Positions 38,058 to 46,430 of a DNA stretch of 64,000 bases are shown piece by piece (position 1 is the stretch's first letter; each line of letters begins with the position of its first letter). A program made the position numbers and the translations under genes. The notes under the pieces were generated by a model. The model was not told the DNA's origin. It saw only the letters and a program-made list of their open reading frames with translations, and made no database searches. Origin of the DNA: a virus; IMG/VR virus record IMGVR_UViG_3300046519_000323, positions 1 through 64,000 of that record; one strand, 5' to 3'.

Positions 38058-38629
38058 CCGTCCACCCCAACACCAAGACCTAAACTTAATTTTTTTTCTT
38101 TAAACCTGCGTTCATCAGCAAAGCTTTTAAAGGTTGAAATGCAAGTCAATACACAGTGATTTGACTTCACTACAAAAGTTTTACCCTCACCAACTGACTT
38201 TAGAAAATTCTCTAACTCACCATTGAAACCCAACCATTTCTTTTTAAAGGGTCCATCCTGAACATAAATATCAGCCTCTTCATCCCCTAAGAATTGCCAG
38301 AACTCCATTCGATCAGGTGTTGCTATTTCAAGCTCACATTCCACTATTTCACCAGTAGTTTCTTCAACGGCGCGTACACGGCTTACAATGTGAAAACTTT
38401 GTTCCGATTGGATTGTTCTAGTCTTTAGTGCAATTGCTAAATCGCCTTTATGGGCACTCGTCCATACCGTTGTTGGCGTATGTGTACTTTGTTGAGGGTC
38501 CACCCCTCCAAGCAAATGATGCAGCTCGATAATTCTGCGTGCATCTTCAACTTCCCAATGCATCTGAAACTTATGAGTTTTCAAGCGCATTAATTTCATT
38601 GGGTTATATTTCTTACGCGGTTTAGCCAT
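38054..38629 (-). CDS. hypothetical protein
   Basis: 191-aa ORF. Confidence 0.5.
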   Translation of the reverse strand: MAKPRKKYNPMKLMRLKTHKFQMHWEVEDARRIIELHHLLGGVDPQQSTHTPTTVWTSAHKGDLAIALKTRTIQSEQSFHIVSRVRAVEETTGEIVECELEIATPDRMEFWQFLGDEEADIYVQDGPFKKKWLGFNGELENFLKSVGEGKTFVVKSNHCVLTCISTFKSFADERRFKEKKLSLGLGVGVDG

Positions 38630-38678
38630 TTCAATTACTCACATAAACCGTAACTTGAAGAACAAAGCGTAATCTTCA

Positions 38679-40148
38679 TCATGCAACCACCGAATATTTT
38701 TGCTCATGTTTAAAGTTTGCTTCCACAAGTGCTCGCGCTACCTGAGGGCAAACCGAATTACCACACATTCTCGTTTGTTCTTTCTTATTCAATTTGACGG
38801 TATTCCCATACTCATCAATGCCATGAGTAAAGATGTAATTATCTGGAAAACCCTGAGCTTTAAATAACTCATGAGGCTGAAGCATTCGAAAACCGATATC
38901 TTCAATTGCATAGGTTTGACCCTTAATCGTTACTAGACCGAACCGTTCTTTTGTGGGAATGGTACGTATAGGCTGATCAACGGGGTTACCGTCGCGTTCA
39001 TTTCCGTAGTAGGCAGTTAAAAAAGCTCTAACTTCAGCAAAATGACCGCCTGAAGCTGTAATTGTGTGAATAGGTGTATCTACAGGCTGACCAACATTGT
39101 TATTTCTTAGCTTTACTAAATTGCTGGTTACAAGGCTGTGATGATCTTGGCTGGTAATTGTGTGAATAGGCTCTTTTACAGTGCTGCCAACCACCCCTGT
39201 ATAGTTCTTTGCCAAAAACGCTGACACAAGCGCATGATGACCACCTTTTGTCGCTGCACAAATCGTACGTATAGGCTCATTGGCAGGCATACAGCGGGGA
39301 CTTGATGCATTTGCACATTCTGTTAATACAGGCGCAATAAATGGCTTTTTGTTTTGATTAACTATGAAAGGCTTTTGAGCATTGATGACATAACGCATGA
39401 TTCCAGCTGCTATACGTTTTAGGGTAGCTGGCTGAAGTTGTTTTTTTCGTTCAAAAATACTCGGGCAGTTCAGTGACCAGTCTATACATTCACTTACTGG
39501 CACCCACTCCCGTACTTTTTTCCCTTTTTTGATTTTTTCAGGCTCTTCATGGCTTAGTTCAGGCCAAACAATCGGTAAACCATCACGGCGAGCAATAAGA
39601 AATAAACGTTTACGTAACGTAGGGGCGCCGTAATAACTTGCACGTAAAAAACGCCATTCAACTTTATAGCCTTGATGACCTAAAGCGTTTATAAAACTTC
39701 GAAATGTTTCACCCTTAAATTTTGGGTCGGGTTTACCATCTGGCCCCAATCTCCCCCATGTTGTAAATTCTTCTACATTTTCCAACATGATGACACGCGG
39801 ACGAGTTAGATCAGCCCAACGTAGTGCGATCCATGCTAAGCCACGTATTTTTTTATCAACTGGTTTTGAGCCTTTTGCTTTAGAAAAATGCTTGCAGTCA
39901 GGTGAAAGCCATACTAACCCTACGGGCTGGTTCTTTGTTATTACATCTGGCCGTACATCCCATACGCTTTCACAATAATGCTTTGTATGCGGATGGTTTA
40001 TGCGGTGCATTGCTAACGCTTTTGGGTCGTGATTAATAGCGATGTCTACGGGACGGCCAAAAGCTTGCTCTAGGCCAGTGCTGGTACCGCCGCCCCCAGC
40101 AAAGTTATCAATAATTAACTCATGAGGAAAAAGGGCTAAAGCACTCAT
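38679..40148 (-). CDS. DNA cytosine-5 methyltransferase with duplicated target-recognition unit
   Basis: 489 aa; motif I FAGGGG, IV SPDCKHFS, VI ENV, VIII RKRLFLIARR, X GNSVCP; four PI(H/R)TI repeats between VIII and X. Confidence 0.85.
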   Translation of the reverse strand: MSALALFPHELIIDNFAGGGGTSTGLEQAFGRPVDIAINHDPKALAMHRINHPHTKHYCESVWDVRPDVITKNQPVGLVWLSPDCKHFSKAKGSKPVDKKIRGLAWIALRWADLTRPRVIMLENVEEFTTWGRLGPDGKPDPKFKGETFRSFINALGHQGYKVEWRFLRASYYGAPTLRKRLFLIARRDGLPIVWPELSHEEPEKIKKGKKVREWVPVSECIDWSLNCPSIFERKKQLQPATLKRIAAGIMRYVINAQKPFIVNQNKKPFIAPVLTECANASSPRCMPANEPIRTICAATKGGHHALVSAFLAKNYTGVVGSTVKEPIHTITSQDHHSLVTSNLVKLRNNNVGQPVDTPIHTITASGGHFAEVRAFLTAYYGNERDGNPVDQPIRTIPTKERFGLVTIKGQTYAIEDIGFRMLQPHELFKAQGFPDNYIFTHGIDEYGNTVKLNKKEQTRMCGNSVCPQVARALVEANFKHEQKYSVVA

Positions 40149-40417
40149 TTCGAAGCTGCCTTTTCATCAGTGAATAAAACAGCGGTGCTTGGGTTGTTTA
40201 TTAATAAATTAAGCTGTTTTGCTTTCCATAGTTCAGCATATTTTTTAAAACCCTTTTCAGTCTGGCCCATACCAGCTTTACGCAATAAAATCGCACCTTC
40301 ATGCGGTAAATTTTTTAATAAAGCGGCATTACTTACTTTTGAAAGTTCGATATAACGGCGATTATTAATCATATAAATTCTTACCCCTACACCTGTTAAG
40401 TCATTAAATTGCATCAT
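40145..40417 (-). CDS. hypothetical protein
   Basis: 90-aa ORF, 4-nt overlap with the methyltransferase start. Confidence 0.5.
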   Translation of the reverse strand: MMQFNDLTGVGVRIYMINNRRYIELSKVSNAALLKNLPHEGAILLRKAGMGQTEKGFKKYAELWKAKQLNLLINNPSTAVLFTDEKAASK

Positions 40418-40427
40418 TTAAATTTTA

Positions 40428-40457
40428 TGAACATTTGTTCATTTGAACATTTGTTCA
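40428..40457. promoter_or_regulatory. 8-bp-register hexamer array D (4 units)
   Basis: TGAACA tt TGTTCA tt TGAACA tt TGTTCA, perfectly alternating. Confidence 0.75.
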
Positions 40458-40528
40458 TTTACTCCATAGTCATATACTTTTTTAATACCCCCTCTGCTAT
40501 TAATTAACAGAGAGGGCCCATTAATCTT

Positions 40529-41785
40529 TTAGAGTTCGCCTTTTAGGTATTTATCAATTCTGCTACCAATCCATTTCATGACTGGTACCGCCATCGAATT
40601 TCCTAAAGCAGCATATCGTTTAGTATCAGGACATTTATCAACACTTTTACCTCTATACGGTATACGTGTGTAGTTGTCTGGAAACCCCTGTAAACGCTCG
40701 CACTCTAAAGGAGTTAAACGCCGTACAACCCCATCACAAATAAAGTTCTGGTTATGCATCCCTTGTTTTGAAGTTAAAGCACCAGCTAGAAAACCATCGC
40801 CGCCAACCGCTCTAACTTCATCACGACTATTTTGCTGATAGTTCAGCGCTCCATTAACGTTTGAGATAGGCTTACAACCAGTAGAAGCCCTCAAAGTTGG
40901 CGCTCGTTGCAGTGCAACATCATCGGCTGCATTATCGTTAGCACAAAAAATTAAGTCCGCATCAAATAGAATTTTTCCATCCTCTACAGATTGATTGCCT
41001 AAACCCTTTTCATCAGATTTGCATAGAGTCCCTATGGGGTCTTTATGGCTGATCCAGCTCCTAGTTCGATTTGCATTCTTAGTGCCATTTCGAAGGGCTC
41101 GGGCAATCTCTTTTTTCGTGCTTCGGATCGGCGCAGAATCCCTACGCATGCCACCGAACTCAAATAATATTTTTTCAGGACTGAACCCGTTTCGAGCACT
41201 TCCGATAACGAACACACGACGGCGTCGTTGTGGAACTCCGAAAAATTCGGCGTTAAGTATCCGCCATGCCGCTGCTCTTTCTGGTCCAAACAGAAAACCT
41301 GCGTTCTTCCACCGAGTCCCTGCCGGTTCGAGCTCACAATTTTCTCCGGCAAGTGCTCCCAAAAAACATCCGTATGCATTGTCTTTTGTTGACAAGACAC
41401 CAGGGACGTTTTCCCAAATAATGATAACTGGCTCTTTTCCATTCTTTATTCTCACTTCATCAATAACATTGGCGAGTTCAATGAAAGCTAAAGTCAATTG
41501 ACCGCGATCATCATTAAGAGAGTTACGCAAACCTGCTACGCTGAAAGCTTGGCACGGTGTACCACCAATCAAAATATCAGGTGCTTCTATTTCTCCTCTT
41601 CTAATCCTTTCGGCAATTTTTGTCATATCGCCAAGATTAGGAACTCTTGGGTAATAGTGCTCTAAAACAGCACTAGGGAAACTTTCAATTTCCGCAAACC
41701 AAATTGGTTGCCACCCAAGCTCATGCCATGCCACTGTTGGAGCTTCAATTCCAGAACAAACAGAGCCATACGTTAAAGCCATCAT
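40529..41785 (-). CDS. DNA cytosine-5 methyltransferase
   Basis: 418 aa; motif I VCSGIEA, IV GTPCQAFS, VI ENVPG, VIII QRRRRVFVIG, X GNSMAVPV. Confidence 0.85.
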   Translation of the reverse strand: MMALTYGSVCSGIEAPTVAWHELGWQPIWFAEIESFPSAVLEHYYPRVPNLGDMTKIAERIRRGEIEAPDILIGGTPCQAFSVAGLRNSLNDDRGQLTLAFIELANVIDEVRIKNGKEPVIIIWENVPGVLSTKDNAYGCFLGALAGENCELEPAGTRWKNAGFLFGPERAAAWRILNAEFFGVPQRRRRVFVIGSARNGFSPEKILFEFGGMRRDSAPIRSTKKEIARALRNGTKNANRTRSWISHKDPIGTLCKSDEKGLGNQSVEDGKILFDADLIFCANDNAADDVALQRAPTLRASTGCKPISNVNGALNYQQNSRDEVRAVGGDGFLAGALTSKQGMHNQNFICDGVVRRLTPLECERLQGFPDNYTRIPYRGKSVDKCPDTKRYAALGNSMAVPVMKWIGSRIDKYLKGEL

Positions 41786-41951
41786 TTTCCGCCTTCAGTA
41801 AAATTTGGAAAAAGATCGTGCTCTATATAGGAACATACAAAAAACCATTATTCCTATACGTGAAATACACATAACGCATCATTTTATGCATTTAAGTATA
41901 ATTATGTATTAGTATTTATGCAATAACGTATAAATAATTATTTAAGTTATT

Positions 41952-41973
41952 AAAAAACCCCGCATAAGCGGGG
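41952..41973 (-). terminator. rho-independent terminator after rep
   Basis: CCCCGC ATAA GCGGGG hairpin with T6 on the minus strand. Confidence 0.75.
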
Positions 41974-41992
41974 TGTAAATACAAAATATGTA

Positions 41993-43255
41993 TTAAAGTT
42001 CTAATGAATCGACTGATTCTGCAACATCTTCTTCGGTACCATCTCTTTCATCTTCTTGTTTTTGTAAATTCAGTAAACCATTTTTTAACTGACACCATAC
42101 GTAATAATCAAAATCAATAAGTTTCACATCATTCAATAGGCTTGGTTTGCTCTTTAACAATGTCGCAAGGATATCTTTAGCTAGCTTACGGTTACTCACT
42201 TCATCATCTGTTACCGAGCCAGAATAAAACTCGCTGTAATCATTTAAGAATTGAGGACACGATACAAGGAAACCTATTTGTTTCTGAGTAAAGCTATCAA
42301 TGCGATTTATATATTTAATTCGATCAGGATGTTTGAAGTGTGAACCATCATCACTGTAAGGCACTGCAGCTTTAAGTAGCTTAGTTTTAAAGGCAAGTAA
42401 TTTTGCTTCTATCTTCTTCATCCGATCTGAAGCTTTATATTCATAATTAAAACGTAGCCCAACGATACTACGGCCACTCTTAAGATTTTCGACCTTAGTG
42501 ATATTGATATTCGAAAGGTCATTAATTTCTTTAATTGAAGGATTGATAATCCGCCGTTTTAAATTATCAATATCGTCATATGACGGCTTATCCTCTAAAT
42601 CGAGTGAAAATTTTAAATCTTCAAGTGATATTTCTAATGTATTTGATTTCCACTTATTTTCTATCAGCATTCTATACAAACGCATTGAATAGAATCCATC
42701 GAGCTGTGTCACTTGTTTAAGCTCATGAGCAAAATAACCTAATATTTTTTCATCATCTGCGGTATCAACAATTACACGATAGAAGTATTCATAAAATTCA
42801 GGAGCAAAACGTATATCAATACTTTTATGCTTAGCAATGTATTTACAATACGTAATCATTGGAACTTTAGCTGGTTCAGGTGAATCAGGTTCTTTTACTT
42901 TCATTACTAACGGCTGAAATTTCGTATAAATACGATGAAGTGCTTTATCTGCAGTCTTCTCGATCTGTTGTAATTCTTTTTCATCGAGTTCAGTTCCTTC
43001 ACCTTGCAAAACTTTCTTATGTGTAAGTTCAGCGTAATTACGCGCTGATATACGTATCTTTGCAAGCGGGTCAATATTTCCTTGATTCTCTAATTCCATT
43101 TTGCGAATTACGATCATAGCTGCAAACATGAGTTTTTCTTGGTTAGGGTCATTGCTATAACTTGCATAAGCCATAGTATTACGCGTAACAACCAAAGAAT
43201 CTTTTTTTACTCGTTTAGCTATAATCACTTCTTCTTTTTGTTCGGTCATGAACAT
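41993..43255 (-). CDS. rep: iteron-type plasmid replication initiator (Rep_3 / RepB-like)
   Basis: 420 aa; N-terminal pattern ..VVTRNTMAYASYSNDPNQEKLMFAAMIVI..ISARNYAEL.. typical of Rep_3 initiators; 13 iterons directly upstream. Confidence 0.7.
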   Translation of the reverse strand: MFMTEQKEEVIIAKRVKKDSLVVTRNTMAYASYSNDPNQEKLMFAAMIVIRKMELENQGNIDPLAKIRISARNYAELTHKKVLQGEGTELDEKELQQIEKTADKALHRIYTKFQPLVMKVKEPDSPEPAKVPMITYCKYIAKHKSIDIRFAPEFYEYFYRVIVDTADDEKILGYFAHELKQVTQLDGFYSMRLYRMLIENKWKSNTLEISLEDLKFSLDLEDKPSYDDIDNLKRRIINPSIKEINDLSNINITKVENLKSGRSIVGLRFNYEYKASDRMKKIEAKLLAFKTKLLKAAVPYSDDGSHFKHPDRIKYINRIDSFTQKQIGFLVSCPQFLNDYSEFYSGSVTDDEVSNRKLAKDILATLLKSKPSLLNDVKLIDFDYYVWCQLKNGLLNLQKQEDERDGTEEDVAESVDSLEL

Positions 43256-43363
43256 ATTCCCCCAAAAATCCTACTAATTTTCATTTTGTACGTTTATAGC
43301 ATCTTTTCCGTATTAACACTTAATACTTTTTTGTATCTTTAACCGCAAAAATCGGGAAATTTA

Positions 43364-43840
43364 GAGACAAGTTGTACGGTTTTATGATTTGAAGCCCTCC
43401 CCTCTTCTGTTATTAAGACATGTTGTACGGTTTTAATGGTTTTATCCGCTAAATAAGTTATAAAAAAATGTGCTTTGCCATTAACTTAATCAAAAAAAAG
43501 CCTACTTTTATCGGATAAAGACAACTTGTACGGAATTAAAAACGGCGAGACATGTTGTACGGAAAAGCTATTTAGACCACTTTTAAGACAAAAATTAAGC
43601 TAATACCGTGAAATTAATCATAATTATATGAATTGTGGATAACTATGTTAATAAAAATAGACGTATTGTACGGAGTTAAGACAAGTTGTACGGAATAAGA
43701 GACAAGTTGTACGGTTTCAAATACATGTTGTCGGGTTTAAATGACGTGTTGTCGGGTTTAAATGACACCTCGTACGGAGTTTGAGACATCTTGTACGGGC
43801 GTTAAGACATGTTGTACGGTAGATAAGACAAGTTGTACGG
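43364..43840 (+). repeat. oriV iterons, 13 same-orientation copies of (A/G)AGACAwGTTGTACGG
   Basis: Copies starting near 43364, 43414, 43518, 43547, 43658, 43677, 43699, 43721, 43741, 43762, 43783, 43803, 43824; the last nine form a contiguous 20-22 bp tandem array, three of them degenerate (GTTGTCGGG, CCTCGTACGG). Confidence 0.85.
43634..43642 (-). promoter_or_regulatory. DnaA box (perfect TTATCCACA on the minus strand)
   Basis: TGTGGATAA between the dispersed and tandem iterons. Confidence 0.6.
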
Positions 43841-43885
43841 AGTTTGTGCTATAACACAATGATTTATAAGAATTTATTCAACCTC

Positions 43886-43968
43886 CTAAAACCCTTCTAA
43901 AACTACCTAAAACCCTATCAAAACCTATCTAAAACATTTCTAAAACTTAGTTAAAACATTAATAAAAC
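43886..43968 (+). repeat. eight helically phased yTAAAAC motifs (10-11 bp period)
   Basis: Motif starts at 43886, 43897, 43907, 43918, 43929, 43940, 43951, 43962. Confidence 0.75.
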
Positions 43969-44010
43969 CCTCACTATTTTTTTTAAATTCATTTTTAAAT
44001 TTGTTTCTTT

Positions 44011-44040
44011 AAAAAAAGTATACCTCGATGGGTATACTTT
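44011..44040 (-). terminator. rho-independent terminator
   Basis: GTATACC / GGTATAC hairpin with T7 on the minus strand, after 44072..44260. Confidence 0.7.
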
Positions 44041-44071
44041 GAATTAGAAAACCATAAAAAGAAAATTATAT

Positions 44072-44260
44072 CTATTTCCTTATACTTACAGTCCCCTTTG
44101 CACCAGGATAAAGTTTGATGAGCGAAAGAATAGCTTCGCTGGCATCACAAGCGGTTATATCGCCAGTCTTTGTTATATAAGTACCATCTTTGAAATACTT
44201 CAGATAAAAGCTATATATCTTCTTAGCCTCAATTTCATGAAAATACCCCATTTCTCTCAA
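44072..44260 (-). CDS. hypothetical protein
   Basis: 62-aa ORF, 4-nt overlap with the upstream gene. Confidence 0.45.
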   Translation of the reverse strand: MREMGYFHEIEAKKIYSFYLKYFKDGTYITKTGDITACDASEAILSLIKLYPGAKGTVSIRK

Positions 44261-44664
44261 TTCCCCTTAACGCTTTTTTGACTATCTAAAGTCTGTTCAA
44301 TAACCAACTTATTTCTTTGACGTAAATCGTAAGCATAATATGAATTTTTTCGTTTACAAACTTTGCATCGGCAACCAACAGCATAACCTGTGCGGCCATG
44401 ATTAACGTTACTTGGTAACACGCCACTTTCTTTAAAAGATGTTTTGGCATCTTGAAAGTATTTTTGATTGTTTTTAATAATTATAGGTTTCATCACCGTT
44501 TCATAAAAATTAAGACATTCGTCACAACGACACTTATATGTCGTATATGCGTTTCTAGTACCGTGTTTAGACTGATCACTAACAAATTCACCCGTTAACT
44601 TAAAATGTGTCCGTAATCGTTCTACCGCTTTTCTATGGTTAAGTTTATTTCTTAATTTGCTCAT
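44257..44664 (-). CDS. zinc-binding protein with duplicated GT..aY...CRC..C module
   Basis: 135 aa; HGTRNAYTTYKCRCDECLNF and GRTGYAVGCRCKVCKRK. Confidence 0.5.
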   Translation of the reverse strand: MSKLRNKLNHRKAVERLRTHFKLTGEFVSDQSKHGTRNAYTTYKCRCDECLNFYETVMKPIIIKNNQKYFQDAKTSFKESGVLPSNVNHGRTGYAVGCRCKVCKRKNSYYAYDLRQRNKLVIEQTLDSQKSVKGN

Positions 44665-44678
44665 ATATAACTCTTAAT

Positions 44679-44716
44679 TGTTCAAATGTTCATTTAAACA
44701 TATGTTCAAATGAACA
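44679..44716. promoter_or_regulatory. 8-bp-register hexamer array E (5 units)
   Basis: TGTTCA aa TGTTCA tt TAAACA ta TGTTCA aa TGAACA. Confidence 0.7.
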
Positions 44717-44723
44717 TTTGAGA

Positions 44724-45599
44724 TTAAACAAAATCTGCTTTTAAAGGTGTAATCCCTTTTTCTAACAATAAGTTAAGGGATGTTTCATTCACTGGGGTTT
44801 TGGTATAGATCACTTCAGATAAACCATATCTTAATAAGCCGTTTAAACAATATTGACAAGGGATGTCATCAACAAGCGTACCAACTTCACCAATCTCGGC
44901 TGCAGCATTACCACTACTCAAATTTAAGCGTGCCATTGCAGCGGAATGTACGTAAGGAGTCGGATTATCACGCTCACATAAATGACTTTTGAGCATTCCG
45001 TCATGACGCGAATCAAAACCTAAAGAAATAATTCGATATTTCGAGCCTAGCTTTTGATACACCAGACACGCACCCATAAGACCATAATTTGCATGGGAAC
45101 GTACCCGTCTGAGTACAGACTCAAGCTCGTTTAATGAAAAATATTTATTTCTAATTTGGCTTTCTAATTCATCTTTAATCAAAATGTGTTTATGAAAGCC
45201 TGCATTAACTTCTTGCTCAACATAAATCATACCCGACTTAAGATTTTTAACACCGTATCTCAAGACCACATAACGCGAATCACCTTTAGCGTTACGCATC
45301 TTTCTTAATGAAACAGTAGATGTCTTTAAATATGCTGCTAGGGCTTTCTGACGTCCGCTACCTCGCTGCATCCAGCTTTTAAGACGTTTATGAACACGCA
45401 CCGCTTGTTTTTCTTCGACCTCAATTAATTCCATTGTCTTTCTAATTTCAGACATGAGCGTGTTATCCACTTTATAAGTGAATATCATGGAGTGAAGGGT
45501 TTGACGCTTAATACCCAGCATTCTAGCAAGCTGGGATAAACGGCCACGGCGCCGACAAAGCCATTTATTTAGATTTTTATATTCATTAAGTAAGTTCAT
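44724..45599 (-). CDS. double-HTH protein fused to a dCMP/CMP-deaminase-like fold lacking the catalytic Glu
   Basis: 291 aa; HTH-like LSQLARMLGIKRQTLHSMI and QKALAAYLKTSTVSLRKM; C-part GACLVY..YRIISLGFDS..VHSAAMA..(27 aa)..PCQYC..GLSEVIY parallels GAvIV..rIis.GYNG..HAE..PC..C..GIk.VvY. Confidence 0.5.
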   Translation of the reverse strand: MNLLNEYKNLNKWLCRRRGRLSQLARMLGIKRQTLHSMIFTYKVDNTLMSEIRKTMELIEVEEKQAVRVHKRLKSWMQRGSGRQKALAAYLKTSTVSLRKMRNAKGDSRYVVLRYGVKNLKSGMIYVEQEVNAGFHKHILIKDELESQIRNKYFSLNELESVLRRVRSHANYGLMGACLVYQKLGSKYRIISLGFDSRHDGMLKSHLCERDNPTPYVHSAAMARLNLSSGNAAAEIGEVGTLVDDIPCQYCLNGLLRYGLSEVIYTKTPVNETSLNLLLEKGITPLKADFV

Positions 45600-46420
45600 G
45601 CAGTTAGTCCCGTAAATAAATCTGGTTGCTTTTCAGCTTGAGGGTTAATCCATAAAATTTCTTGCCTGCCCACTGAGCCATTTTGCCCCGAAGCTGCAAC
45701 GGTTTTATTTACTTTCTTCCATCCCAATCGATCATATAAATCATTGTCATAGCCACATAAGATCACTTTACCCTGAACATGCTGAAGTAACTTAATAAGT
45801 TCTTCATGTTGTTCATTAGTCATTTCATGCGTATAAGCATCACCTCCCAATTTACGACAATCATGTAAATAAGGCGGGTCTAAAAAAAATAGTGTGCTGG
45901 GACGATCATGTTCACGAATAACTTGTAAAGCGTCCCTTTTCTCAACCATGACTTTTTTGAAGCGTTCTGCAGCTTGCTCAATTAAGTCACCTTGCCGATT
46001 CCAAATCGTTATAAGATCGGTGCAACCTCGTGCTGTATCTGATCTAAAACCTGTACTACTTTTCGTTGAGCCTGTGCTTCCGAACCCCATTTGTGCTTTA
46101 ACGATTAAACGGCGTGCTCGTTCAATTTCATCGCTAGAAAATTCTTTTGCTGCAATAAATTCACTTCTTGAATAAGGCGTATGATCAATAACATGTTTCA
46201 AAATTTGAGATTTTTTCGGGCAACGTAATACCTTAAAAAAATTTACTATTTCATCATCAATATCGTTATAAACTTCTACCCGGCTAGGCGTCTTTTCTAG
46301 TAAGACTGAAGCCGCACCACCAAATGGCTCAACATAAGTTTCATGGTGTGGGAAAAACGAAATAATCCAGCTTGCAAGACGAAATTTACCGCCATGATAG
46401 CGAAGTAATGGATGTTGCAT
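45596..46420 (-). CDS. dam: DNA N6-adenine methyltransferase (Dam / D12 class)
   Basis: Start moved to MQHPLLRYHGGK (AAGGGGA SD right after the upstream stop); motifs YHGGK, EPFGGAASV, DPPY. Confidence 0.8.
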   Translation of the reverse strand: MQHPLLRYHGGKFRLASWIISFFPHHETYVEPFGGAASVLLEKTPSRVEVYNDIDDEIVNFFKVLRCPKKSQILKHVIDHTPYSRSEFIAAKEFSSDEIERARRLIVKAQMGFGSTGSTKSSTGFRSDTARGCTDLITIWNRQGDLIEQAAERFKKVMVEKRDALQVIREHDRPSTLFFLDPPYLHDCRKLGGDAYTHEMTNEQHEELIKLLQHVQGKVILCGYDNDLYDRLGWKKVNKTVAASGQNGSVGRQEILWINPQAEKQPDLFTGLTA

Positions 46421-46430
46421 TACATTCCCC

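Noticed and set aside
40995-41501. 168-aa plus-strand ORF and 136-aa alternative-frame minus ORF inside the second C5 methyltransferase
   Set aside because: They are explained by the locally high GC, which leaves few stop codons. The methyltransferase frame carries all catalytic motifs.
43364-43840. Regularly spaced 16-17 bp repeats that could be mistaken for a CRISPR array
   Set aside because: The repeats are contiguous or irregularly spaced, with no unique spacers of constant length. They are AT-rich and non-palindromic, lie directly upstream of a Rep_3-type initiator, and include a DnaA box. They are iterons. No cas genes are in the window.
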